Part shown: positions 31,538 to 46,766 of the stretch, one piece after another | How the letters are laid out: the number at the start of each line of letters is the position of its first letter | How positions within the stretch are numbered: the first letter of the stretch is position 1 | Assembly: GCF_009914755.1 (NCBI RefSeq) | Contig: NC_060930.1 | Length of the DNA: 64,000 bases | Origin: the human T2T-CHM13v2.0 reference genome, Homo sapiens | Strand: one strand, 5' to 3' | Made by a program: the position numbers and the translations under genes | Notes under the pieces: generated by a model | Told to the model about the DNA's origin: nothing | What the model saw: the letters and a program-made list of their open reading frames with translations, nothing else | Database searches by the model: none

Positions 31538-32460
31538 CCACATTCTCTTCTAAGGCAGGAATCATGCCTATCTTTTTGTACATCTTTGAAATGAAACTAT
31601 GTGGATGATGCAAAATATTACTTTGCATGCAATTAGAATTTTTAAATGCCGGTTACACCAATCACTTTACTGAATGAATATTTTAATGCTAAGTGATGAA
31701 AAAGATGGAAACACAGTAGACATACAAAAATATTCCCTAAGAGAAATGAAAATATAATGTTAGATAACGCATTTGTCATCTATACGAGAAATCTCATCTG
31801 CTTTTCCTGGGGGAGCCCACTGTCCTTATCAGTGTGTACCACGGGCCTGGTTTCCTTCTCCTAGGAGCAGCCAAAAGCCAGGGTCCAGGATTAGACATTG
31901 CAAAGAGATATTTTAGCACCATCAAGAAGGCCGATTTGCTCATGTGGTAGTAGAACATTGCATTTGATATTATAAATTTTCATTAGCCTGTAAATAAAAA
32001 AGAATATAAATTCACAATGAGATATACTGCTTAATATTAAGGATAAAGCTTTAATAGTTAAACAATAAATTCTTCCTTTGGTGTAAAACTAGAAATGTAT
32101 AGTCCTTTCAACTATGCAAGATTTATTTTGATATTTCAATATTCAATAACATTTTTATATGCATATATATAAAGATATACATCTGGAAAACTCTTTAAAT
32201 TTATCATCATGTAAAAAATTTTATTGATGTGTTATTCATTCTTAGAATTCTAGAGAAAATTAACTTTTTTATGTTGATAAAGACATAAAGACATGTTTTT
32301 ATATACAATTTATACATTCCATAATTATAGTAAATAATATTTGTAGACACCTATTTAGATCAAAATCCAGTATTTTCTAGAAAATGGTACCATTGTCCTT
32401 TTGTGAATATTTATGGACAGGTTGCTCTCTCTCCATGCTAAGATTCCTTCCTAAGTCTAG

Positions 32461-32835
<375 letters not shown>

Positions 32836-33146
32836 TTCACGCGGGTCTTCCATAAAACATAAAACAATTCCTAATGGCTGAGAGCAATATGTTAAAGACA
32901 AATACACTTCTAAACTCACAACAGAATTTTCTTTTTTACCTTCACTGATACAGGATTTCAGTAGTGAGAAAAGTTTTTTGTTCGCTGCCTTCTGTTTCTA
33001 ATTTAAAACCTTTGTTCCGAGGTCCTAGCTTTCTGTGTCCATTCAAAAAGATTCACAGCCTGGGAGTGCTCACGGATCTGAGTCCTGTTCACACACATAA
33101 ACAGGCAGCTCACAATGGAATGCATGAAGTCATTCTACTAACAATG

Positions 33147-33455
<309 letters not shown>

Positions 33456-33556
33456 CCTACTAACAATGTTTAAATATTTACATCTTCTCAGGAAGTTAGC
33501 AGTTCATGTCATAAGTTATTTAAGAAATTTTCAAGTTTGAATAAAATTTCTTAAGG

Positions 33557-33858
33557 ATTTTTTTTTTTTTTTTTTTTTTTTGAGACAGTCTTGCTCTGTC
33601 GCCAAGGCTGGAGTACAGTGGTGCAATCTCGGCTCACTGCAACCTCCGCCTCCCGGGTTCAAGCTATTCTCTGCCTCAGCCTCCTGAGTAGCTGGGACTA
33701 CAGGCGCCCGCCACCACGCCAGGCTAATTTTTGCATTTTTACTAGAGATGGGGTTTCACCATCTTGGCCAGGCTGGTCTTGAACTCCTGACCTCGTGATC
33801 CACCCGCCTTGGCCTCCCAAAGTGCTGGGATTACAGGCGTGAGCCACCACGCCCAGCC
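33557..33858 (-). mobile_element. AluS SINE
   Basis: Reverse dimer with poly-T. Confidence 0.95.
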
Positions 33859-35156
33859 TCTTTAGGAATTTTATGACAGCAGCACTTTACCAATATGTGG
33901 AGTAGCATGAAAGATAATATGGCCTGGAAAGGCCAGAACTTAAGAGCAGTGAATCTTCAAGAAGTGAGCCCAGAATATTTGTTCAGGAAATTAACATGAA
34001 TGCATAAGGAGTGAAGATTGTGCTACCTACAAGTACTCTGCCCCAGCATTTTGCAAAGAGAAAAAGGTGTGAAATCAGCTTACTGTGTTCACCTCTGCAC
34101 CGACATGGCTTAGCTTTGTGCCTGGCCAGAGTCAACATTTAATAAACATTTATACAAGAATCTAAGACGATTTTATCATAGAATACTACAAACCTCAGAG
34201 AAGGGAGCGTGTATTTATCAAACTCCACAGAATTCCTATGTGAGTCACCTGAAATATCAATTTATCCAAAACTCCACAAGCCACTCAATGAGAGAACGAT
34301 TCATTCATTCTATTAAATGGAGTTGGTCTGAGTTTCATTGACTGTCAAACTATAGGTATCTCACACTTAAAAAATAATTTAATAATTTACTAATAATTTT
34401 AAAACTATGCTACCGTAAAAGTAAATGATTCTGTTGAGACAAAACCACTGTGTGACTTTGTCAGTTGTTATGTGACTTGATAGAGTGAGTTTAAGTTCCA
34501 AAATTCCTTGCAGCCTTACTTTAAAATCTCATGTTCTCAAATACTAGAAGACTTTTGGAGAATGCTGGGGTTTTTTTTTTTTCTTTTGGCCATATAGCAT
34601 ATATATTTGTGCACAGTTCTTAGCAAAAGGTAAATATTCAACATTTATTGAAATGAATTTATTCACTTTGGTGAGAAAGACAGCCCGAGCTCGTAACTCC
34701 CTGAGGAAAAAAAATGTGTAGTTTTTTCTCACTCTGAACTGTAATTCTTAGTGATTATAGTTATCATTGATTTGGGGACACTAAAGGAAAATATCTAACA
34801 TATAAGCACTATTTTTCAGTGCTTATTTTATTAAAAACCAAAATATTAAAAATCAACCCAGTTTTACAGTCTTTATAAAAGAGCTGTTCTATAATCTTAA
34901 CCCAAATGTAAGACAGATGATATCACTTCCCAGAACTAATTGCTAAAAAGTTAAAACATTTATAAAAACCCACAATAAAAAAATGGGAAATATACAGACT
35001 TCTAAATTTTGTATTCTGGAGCTTTTCTCTGATTTCTGTTCCACAAGCTTCCTTTTGAATCAGCTTCCATAAATCTTCATAGTCAATCATATTTTTCGAG
35101 ATTGCACATTTGGTCAATTCATTTTGCAACCCTATACTCTTATTTTCAAAGAGAAT

Positions 35157-35157
<1 letters not shown>

Positions 35158-35187
<30 letters not shown>
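35158..35187. repeat. (TG)n microsatellite
   Basis: Direct read. Confidence 0.95.
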
Positions 35188-35805
35188 ATTTAAAATTTAA
35201 AATCTTTCAAACCAGCGGAGTGTAACAGCTGGGTAACTTGCAGCTAGCTAGTCAGGAAACAGTTATTTTCAACAGTAATTGACACCAAAAAAGTAAACCA
35301 CAACTTTGAAAGTTTCTAAGGGTTCATATATATTTTAAAAATTAAAGGGAACAATTAAGTCAGACAGACCGTTTTTCTTCTTCTTTTTAAGCTAAGTAGT
35401 CATACCTGGGAGTTAATATAAGGGGAATTCTTGGTGGGAGGGAGGATGATAGAAGAGAGAATGGGGGCTTTATAGAGGGGGAAGAAAAGGTTTGAGGACA
35501 TTGAGAGGAAGTAGACAAACATACCTTTCCCTTAAAATTCAATTTCTAATTTTACCTTCCTTTGGCATGGAGACTCTAGAACATTCTTACACTATACACA
35601 CCAATTGTCATATGGGAATATGCTGCTTATGATAATAAACCATGTATTTGCCAGTTTCGTGGAAAACAGACATGAATGCTTTTCAATATAATTTCATCTC
35701 CTAGGCAATGGAGCGCACGTGACTGACAAGGCTGCCTGATAGCTGGAGAGCTTTCTCAGAACAGTGAGCCTAGAGGCGCCCTCTAATTTACCCGAGGGTT
35801 TATAA

Positions 35806-36268
<463 letters not shown>

Positions 36269-36289
36269 CAGTCTAATTTCTACAGCAGG

Positions 36290-38010
<1,721 letters not shown>

Positions 38011-38819
38011 AACTTAGGGAACCATGTAAAGGAACTTCCAACAGGACTGGGCCTTTTATGCGTGTTTATCTTAAACATTTTAGGAAGCAAGTGGCAAAGT
38101 GCTTTAAAAGTAAAACTTAGAACGTCTGCACTAGCTGTTTGTGCAAACGAGTATTTGCTAAGCATTATCCGAGACCTGAGAATTGTTTCTTTATGATTTA
38201 CTTATATGTGATAAGTTCCCTTTGTAGAAAGAGACTATATTTAATCATAAATATATCGTCATAGGTACAAGGATAAAATTTAAGAAGAGAGGACTACAGA
38301 TCACTTTAACGCTAAAGGGAATTGTAGTGAAGCATGGATGTTTTCCCATTAAGGTGACTTTCTTCTGGGGTGTGTGTGTGTGTGTGTGTTTAGTTTTTTG
38401 TGCCTTTATGTTTCTATCAGTTTGTCTTTCCCAGTGAAAATTAATTCAAATGTGTCTTCATTGATATATTTCAAGTGTTGTGCGCTGAACATTGAGTCAG
38501 AATAATTTGATTAAGGTTCAATGATAAAACCACTCTGTCTCACTGATTTTAATTAAACTGGAATCTGAAAAACACATGCATTCAATATAGTGGCCATTAT
38601 TTTTAATTCTAAACAAACTTTTTTGGTTTTGAGCCAATATTTTTAGTTCTAAACCAACATTTTTGGTTGGTTTAGTTCTAAACCAACATGTTGAAACCTT
38701 GGGAGGTTTTCGCATTTTCCAGAGTGAGAACTGCTTGCATTGACTTCCCGGAATGTGTAGTACCAGACCCTCAACCTTAAAAGAAGTTCCATTCTTCTCC
38801 ACTTCTCTCTTCTCCCCAG

Positions 38820-38872
38820 GACCCATGACTTTACACTTCAATATTTCTGCAGGGCTCACAGTTCACTGAGAG
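38820..38872 (+). ncRNA. Candidate 53-nt non-coding exon of a transcript from the CpG island
   Basis: Long polypyrimidine tract ttcttctccacttctctcttctccccAG and donor GAG|GTAAGT. The internal ATG closes after 14 codons. Confidence 0.45.
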
Positions 38873-39687
38873 GTAAGTGAAAGTCAAGAACCACTGGAAG
38901 ACAATGAAAATTTCATTCTTGTGGGCAATTTTAACTCTTAACTGTTACAAATGATAGTATCTGCGTACAAGATCTTCTATATACCAGATTCAGACACCAC
39001 ATTTTGACTCTTTTTTTTCACATGAATATACTTCCCATATGAACTCAAAAAGAAATCTATAAATATAAAATTATTTTAGAGATATTTCTTAGACCATGAC
39101 AAATTATCCAAAACTTGAAAAAAGTTAAAAAGATAGATGGCAATTCTTGTTGATGTCAGATAGAGGCATTGTTTAGCAGGCACCTGTGGATTTTCTATAT
39201 AGGTGAATATATTTGGTAGGACTCATCGCTTACTATTGATTAAAGATTAAGGACTTATGGGAAGTTACATGTCAGACATTAATCCATTAGAGATGCAGAT
39301 TTCTGTCCAGGAGAAAAGATAATGCTAAAGGTTATGGCTTATCATCTTGTGGGACACTAACTTGTTTGGTATCTATGAACAAATTCACTTCAGTGTTTCT
39401 CTGACCATCCACTGTGTAAATGTTCATACCTCCCATTCTCATCTGAGCCAGTCTTCACATCTAATTTATCCCCTTATTAACTTATTAAAGTTGAACTTAA
39501 CTTATTAAAGTTTTAACTTATTTAACTGAATTTACTTATTAAAGTTGAATTTGACTTTAATAAGTTGAATTAATGCAATTGCTCAGTAAACATTAATTTA
39601 ATTGAAGCTCATTCTTATCCAGAATAAATATAAAATGCAAGGTTCTTTGTGACACAAATATTTATAGAAACAATAAGAAATAACGTA

Positions 39688-39998
39688 GCTGGCTGGCTCA
39701 TACCTGTAATCCCAACACTTTTGGAGGCCCAGGCGGGAGGATCACTTGAGCCCAGGAGTTCCAGACCAGCCTTGGCAACATTGTGACACTCCATCTCTAC
39801 AAGAAAAAATTTTTTTAATTCAGAAAATTATTCAGATGTGGTGGCATGTGCCTGTGGTCCCAGCTACTTGGGAGGCTGAGGGGGAAGATCTTTTGAGTTC
39901 AGGGGGTCGAGACTGCGTGAGCTATGATTATGCCACTGAGCTCTAACCTGGGCGACAGAGTGAGACCCTGTCTCAAAAAAAAAAAAAAAAAAAAAAAA
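39688..39998 (+). mobile_element. AluJ SINE
   Basis: ggaggatcacttgagcccaggag; gagctatgattatgccactg. Confidence 0.92.
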
Positions 39999-40294
39999 GG
40001 AAGGAAGGAAGAGAGAGAAGCAAACAACTAGAAATACTAGCAATATAAAAGTGATTAGTTTTGTATTTATATGACATTTAACTAATAAACTCTAAAATAT
40101 TAGCTGAAAGAACAAAAGAAAATGCTTGCCTTTATATTGTCTCGTGTTCAACATAATTATGATAATTTAAAAAGATGTAAAGATCTTCATTTTAAAAATG
40201 TGTTGCTGAAAGTGAATAAATGAGTAAAACTGAGGGGAAATAATCTTTTCCTCTAAAGCTTAAAAACTTAGTAAATAAATAGCATAATATATGG

Positions 40295-40505
40295 AAAGGA
40301 CATAGGCTTTGGGTGAATCTAACTTGGGCTCAAATCAAGCTCTATCCTTTGGGCAAGTTACTACATTCTCCAAGCCTCAGTTGTTTCAACTGTAGATTAG
40401 ACTTGGTAATAACACCTTCCTCCCAGGATTGCTCAGGGAATAAGGTAAAGTCTGCAAAGTGCAGGGAGCTGTCTGGCAAACGGTAAAAAATGAAAGCATA
40501 ATAAG
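40295..40505 (+). mobile_element. MIR
   Basis: ttgggcaagttac...aagcctcagttgtttcaactgtag. Confidence 0.75.
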
Positions 40506-40554
40506 TAATACTTTTGCATCCTACAAGTCTTTCTTATTTTTTTAATTAAAACAA

Positions 40555-40708
40555 ATTTTTTATAGACACGTCTCTCTCTGTCATCCAGGCTAGAGTGCAG
40601 TGTCACGATCAGAGCTCACTGCAGCCATGAACCCCTAGGCTCCTGGGCTCTTGGACTTAAGCTGTCCTCCCACCTCATCCTCCTGAGTAGCTGGAACTAC
40701 AGTCATGA
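40555..40708 (-). mobile_element. Alu arm fragment (AluJ/FRAM-like)
   Basis: ccaggctagagtgcagtg...gctcactgcagcc...cctgagtagctggaactaca. Confidence 0.85.
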
Positions 40709-40865
40709 AGCTTTATGTTAAGTTTCATCTACTAAATTGTAACAACTAAAACTTGAGGACTAAAATATATGGAAAAATTACTACTACATGAAAAATTGTG
40801 TTAAAGTCGTATCATTTATCTCTTTATTAGTGAACTGGGCTATAAATGTTCTAAAGATATGCTCA

Positions 40866-40990
40866 GGCTGGGTGTGGTGGCCCACACTTGTAATCCTAAC
40901 AGTTTGGGAGGCCAAGACAGGAGGATCACTTGAGCCCCACAATTTGAGATCTGCCTGGGCAACATAGCAAGACACCATCTCTACAACAAC
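40866..40990 (+). mobile_element. FLAM / Alu left monomer
   Basis: ggctgggtgtggtgg...ggaggatcacttgagccc...ctgggcaacatagcaagac. Confidence 0.85.
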
Positions 40991-41001
40991 AAGGAAGATA
41001 G

Positions 41002-41379
41002 TGATATGGTTAGGCTTTATGTCCCCACCCAAATCTCATCTTAAATTGTAATCCCCATAATTCCCATAATCCTCACATATCAAGGGAGAGACCAGGTGGA
41101 GGTAAATGAATCATGGGGAGAGTTTCCCGCATGCTGTTCTCATGATAGTGAGTTCTCACGAGATCTGTTGGTTTTATAAGGGGCTCTCCCCCCTTCAATG
41201 GGTACTTCTCCTTCCTGCCACCTTGTGAAGAAGGTGCCTTGCTTCCCCTTCCACCATGATTGTAAGTTTCCTGAGGCCTCCCCAGCCATGCTATACTGTG
41301 AGCCAATTAAACCCCTTTCCTTTATAAATTATTCAGTCTCGGGTAGTTCCTTATAGCAGTACAGAAATTGACTAATACA
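41002..41379 (+). mobile_element. MaLR solo LTR (THE1/MSTA type)
   Basis: TG..CA ends (tgatatggttaggc...gactaataca); ccaccatgattgtaagtttcctgaggcctccccagccatg; flanks gatag/gatat. Confidence 0.93.
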
Positions 41380-41487
41380 GATATGCCCAAATTAATAAAA
41401 ATGATGCAAACCAATAATTGTGTGGCCACTAAAATCTTTACTTAACTGGCATCACACTCTTTACTTATGTTAAAGGAATAAATTGCA

Positions 41488-41952
41488 TGCATTAGTTATC
41501 TATTGCTGTGTAGAAATTCCCCCACTGCAGCAATGTAACACAACACACACCTATTATCTCAACGAATCCGTGAGTCGGGAGTCCAGCGACAGACTTGCCG
41601 GCTCTCCTGCTGGGGTCTCACAAGGCGGTCGCCAGGTTATGTCCAGGGTGGGTTCTCATGCGGAGTCTGACTGGGGGAGCGTGCATGCCCCTGCTCGCAT
41701 GTGTTTGGTAACACTCAGCTCCTTTCAGTTGTAGGATCTGTGGCAGCTGCTGGCTTCTTCAGAGCCAGTGAGGGAGACAGCGAGTCTCCCCAAAAGACAG
41801 TCCTGTGTGATGTGAGTCATCCCCAGAGTGACATCCCATCACCTTTGCTGTAGCCGTTGGTTAGAAGTCAGTCACCAGTCCTTCTCTGTGACTCAGGGGA
41901 GATGACTACATAAAAGGCAGTTACACCTGGAGGCACCTGGGAGTCTGCCACA
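41488..41952 (-). mobile_element. MaLR LTR (older MLT1-type)
   Basis: tgcattagttatctattgctgtg...ccatcacctttgct...ttggttagaagtcagtcac...gtctgccaca. Confidence 0.75.
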
Positions 41953-43015
41953 CGCCCCCCTGCCTCCCTCGCATGTGCAAAAGTCATTCACCTGCTCTAG
42001 GTACCTAAGATTTTCGGAGCTTCATGGCATCAGCTCAAAGCCTGAAATGTCAACATCTAAATCAGGTCAAAGGTCAGTGGAGGGTCATGGTGCAATCATT
42101 CGGTTCAGGTTCTGGGACACAATTCCTCTCCATGGATGGGCCCGGGAAGCTAAAGAGATTAGTGACCTGTCCCGTGGTGGAGCAGGCACCAGATGCAGCT
42201 GTAGACATTTCAGTTTTCAAGGGGAGGAAATGGCAGATAAAAGGCATCTTGACTGTGTAGCAATTCCAAATCCAGAAAAGTAAAGGTTGGGAGTTCTCAG
42301 TCAGGTTTCCAGGGCTGGGGAGAATTCTCCTGGCTTCTGGATTCCCTGTCTGGGCTCTTGGTCCCCGCATCTACACTGCACTTGTTTGGAAGGAAAGGTT
42401 GCCCATGTTTGCAGCTGAGGAGCTTTTTAGCCTACTTCCAGCCAGCAAAATCTGGGGAGTCTGGCAGCCTCCTTTCATCCTGTGCTCTCTCTGTTCCTTC
42501 CCACCCAGGCTGGCAGTGTTTCTGTGAAAGTGATTTCCTCAAAATCTTTGTCTCTCATGGATTTCACCTGGGTCTACTCCATGAGCCGAAGGCCTCACCT
42601 GCCGATGTTTTTGAGGCAAGCCTTTTCTATCTTTGAGTCCTGCCGAGGTGACTCGGAGTCAACGCCCTTCGGCTCCTCAGGGGCTCCCTGGTTCGATCCA
42701 TGAGGCTCAGCCCTGACCTCTCTAAGGCACCCTTGGTGGGGCAGAATGCTGAGGCTATGATCTTTCTGAGGCCTTATCCAAAGGCTGTGCAGACACAGCC
42801 CAGCCACCTGGGCTCCTGGGCTTACACTGTCTTGACAGCACCATCTCTTGCTATCTGGAGAGGCCGACGCCTCAATTCTGGACGTCTGGACCCAAACCGT
42901 GAGACATAAACTTCTGTGGCTGTCCTCTGCCCAGTTTGCGGTCACATGTCGCAGCCGCCCGAGGTGACTAAGACAGGAAACTAAAGTGGCTGTTTCTTCC
43001 TCCAAGCTTTCGAAA

Positions 43016-43316
43016 CTTTTTTTTTTTTTTTAATTGAGACAGAGCCTCGCTCTGTCACCCAGGCTGGAATCTAGTGGCAAGATCTTGGCTCATGCAACCT
43101 CTGCCTCCCAGGTTCAAGCAATTCTTCTGCCTCAGCCTCCCTAGTAACTAAGACTACAGGCGCCCAGCACCACGCCCGGCTAATTTTTATATTTTCAGTA
43201 CAGACAGGATTTCTCCATGTTGGCCAGGCTGGTCTCAAAACTCCTGACCTCAGGTGATCCACCCGCCTTGGCCTCCCAAAGTGCTGGGATTACAAGCGTG
43301 AGCTCCCGCGCCCAAC
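43016..43316 (-). mobile_element. AluS SINE
   Basis: Reverse dimer. Confidence 0.95.
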
Positions 43317-43435
43317 CTGAAACTTGGTTCTTTATCAACTTAGGGTCCCGGAGAGCAAAGCACCCGGCCTCCCATCCGCCCAGTGTCTTGCAGCGTCATC
43401 TTCATTTCCACCAAAAGGTCACGGATACATTGCTG

Positions 43436-43525
43436 CTTTCGCACCCAGCACGTTTTAGACAGTAAGCTTGTTCATGTGTCTTTCGCACCCAGCACGTTTT
43501 AGACAGTATGCTTGTTGATGTGTCT
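43436..43525. repeat. 44-bp tandem duplication (2 copies, 2 mismatches)
   Basis: ctttcgcacccagcacgttttagacagtaWgcttgttSatgtgt twice. Confidence 0.95.
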
Positions 43526-43599
43526 CTGTCCTTAACTCGGTTGAACTTTCTGAGAAAGTCCCCTCAGCATTTTAGAACTTGTGATGTTTCAGAATGTGG

Positions 43600-43815
43600 C
43601 CTCTAACCAGACCATAGGGCTCAGCTGGCAGCCCTGCTGCCTCCCAGCAGAGGTCACATGAGCTTCTTGTGCTTCCTTTTTCTCATCTGCACACTGGAAA
43701 CGACAACAATAGAACCCATCCCACAGCGGGGTGCTGGCCAGTTGAATTGATCCCCACAAAGTGCTTACAACAGTGCCTGCCCCATAGCAAGTGCTGTATG
43801 CACACTGGCTATTGT
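43600..43815 (+). mobile_element. MIR
   Basis: gcttcctttttctcatctgcacactgg...aaagtgcttacaacagtgcctg. Confidence 0.65.
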
Positions 43816-44121
43816 GACGTTTGTATCCTAATACAAATGAAGATTGACCATGCTAAGGATGCGAACATTTGCTGAATGAGCTATAATTTGATATTCTGTC
43901 CTAAACATTCAATTATATTTGCTTTTCTTAAAAAAAAAGAAAGGTGTGATTGTGTGTGTGTGTGTTTACTATAAGCCACATCAAATTCTTTCAAGCAATA
44001 GGTATAAATGAAATAAGCAGCAGCAATTTATAAGGTCCCTTTCTACTCTAGAAATCTAAAAGTAAAACTTCAGCAAACCTAAAGTTTAGGGCAATGAGAC
44101 AGGCTGGATGGTCGGGTTGCC

Positions 44122-44516
44122 TGGTACCAAGGTCTGAATGTGCCCCTCAGAATTCATGAATTAGAAACTTAGTTGCCCGTGCAAAAGTGTTGGGAGGTAG
44201 GGCCTCGTGGGAGGTGTTTAGGTTATGAGAGCTGTGCCCTCATGATGGTTCAATGCCCCTATAAAAAGGGCCAGTGGGAGTGGGTGTTCTCTCTTGCTCT
44301 CTCTCTCTCTCTCCTGCTTTTCTGCCATGTGAGGACATGGCGTTCCTCCCCTCTGGAGGATGCGGCATCTAAGGTGTCATATTGGAAGCAGTGAGGCTAG
44401 GCCTGAGCTGCCAGGGCCTTGATCAGGCCCCAGAACTGTGAGAAATAAATACCTGGCCTTTGTAAGTTACTCAGTCTCAGGTGTTCTCTTATAGCAGCAC
44501 AAACTGGACTAAGACA
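44122..44516 (+). mobile_element. MaLR LTR (MST-type)
   Basis: tgggaggtgtttaggttatgagagctgtgccctcatga...ccagaactgtgagaaataaa...ggactaagaca. Confidence 0.88.
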
Positions 44517-44724
44517 TGTGGGTAGCAGGATTTAAAAATACATTTTAAAACATTTTTTTGTTTGACAGTTTCAAAAATGTATCCTACTTCCCTCCTTCTC
44601 TGACTTGTTTGTTTTTACCATGTATTATTATAGTTGATTTTACACAAATACACTTTTAGACTAACTCATTAACTCTGAACATCACTATGTCCCCCTCTAT
44701 TTCTAAAAATAACAAAAGTGATTT

Positions 44725-44975
44725 CTATTTATTGAGCACCTACCGAGTGCCAGGCTCCATGCTGGGTTCTATTTTCTTTAGAACATCTATTTCATTATTA
44801 CTTAACAATTATCTGCTTTACACATTATAAGCCAAACTCTGTTCTATACTCCATGTGGGTTTAACTGAATATATAGTCACCACAGCCTTGCAAAGTAGAT
44901 ATTTAATTACGCAGGTGAACAAACTGAGGCTTGTTAAAAAACTAGAACAAGGTCTCACTGTGATTCCAACCAGAC
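44725..44975 (-). mobile_element. MIR/L2 fragments
   Basis: tatttattgagcacctac..gtgccagg; caggtgaacaaactgaggct. Confidence 0.55.
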
Positions 44976-45394
44976 TTGTCTTACCATTATTACAAATGAT
45001 GCTTTCTCTCATGATAGACATCTATAATTTACCTAGTTGGAATTGCTGCACACATTTTGTTTGGTGTTTTGATTTTTTAATTATATTGTGTATATATTTC
45101 CATGTAGCACATAATAATTTACATAATTATGGTAACTTTGTTACACCCAATTACCTACTTCAATTCAGCTAATTTCCTCTTGGTAAACATTGATTGAGTG
45201 TTTATGTGCCAGATTCTATCAAATGCCAAGGAAATAAAAATAACTGAGATAAGGTTCCTAACCCCAAACTTTCATCTAGCCAGGAGACATACATTATGTG
45301 AAAAGATAAGCATAACGCAGTGTGATACATGCATTTCTCAATGGTTGCACATTTGAGTTATTGCTAACTTGGCTGTTATCAATAGCGTTAGTAC

Positions 45395-45748
<354 letters not shown>

Positions 45749-46468
45749 CTAAGAAGCCAAAGCATAGGGACAATGGCCCTGCTTCCATTATGACAGCCAG
45801 ACTGCTTTCCAGGATGCCTGCACCAAGCTCGTTTCTCAGTATCCAGTGCGTGGAAAGAGGATGGTCACACCTGCCCTTTACGTCACGAAGAAGAGGTTAT
45901 GAGGCTTCACATAATCTATAAATATACGTGGTTACTGCTGATGTGTAAAGCGTAAGTATCCTTTGACTACTTGTTTAGCAAAGTGTGGATTATATGTTCA
46001 TGCCTATACATTCATATCAATCCGTGTGCATTTTGGATGTAAACCTGTATCATCTTTTTACATTTATTGTTTTCAGATTTCATTGTCTCTTACAAAACAA
46101 AGTTCCTTTTCATTGTGTATAAAAGTTTTTAATAATGTTATTTTGTTAAGCTTAACTATGATGTCTCTGATTATATTATTTTATCTCCAATAAGCAAAAA
46201 TGAACATCTCCACCGTTGAGATGAACGAATTTTTTCATTCAAAAAGCCCTGCTTTTCGCGATTGGCCTTGCTTGTGATTAGTGCATAGTGTGTGCAGAGT
46301 GTAAATGTGAGAGCGGGCCCTGATTCTTCAGCACTTCCTCTCCCACATTTCATTATTCCAGGCTTATGATATCTTATACTTTTAGAACTTTGGATTTCTT
46401 TCTGGAGTTGATTCCCATGCCCTGAGTGTAACATTTCCGTATAGATAATTATTATTGTATAATACATT

Positions 46469-46766
46469 GTTTTTTTTTTTTTTTTTGAGACGGAGTCTTG
46501 CTCTGTCACCCAGGCTGGAGTGCAGTGGCATGATCTCAGTTCACTGCAACCTCTGCCTCCTGGGTTCAAGTGATTCTTCTGCCTCAGCCTCCTAAGAAGC
46601 TGGGACTACAGGCGTACGCCACCATTCCCATCTAATTTTTGTGTTTTTACTAGAGATGGGGTTTCACCATATCAGCCAGGCTGGTCTCAAACTCCTGACC
46701 TCATGATCCACCTGCCTCGGCCTCCTAAAGTGCTGGGATTACAGGCGTGAGCCACCGCTCACGGCC
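46469..46766 (-). mobile_element. AluS SINE
   Basis: Reverse dimer; flanked by tattgtRtaatacatt. Confidence 0.95.
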
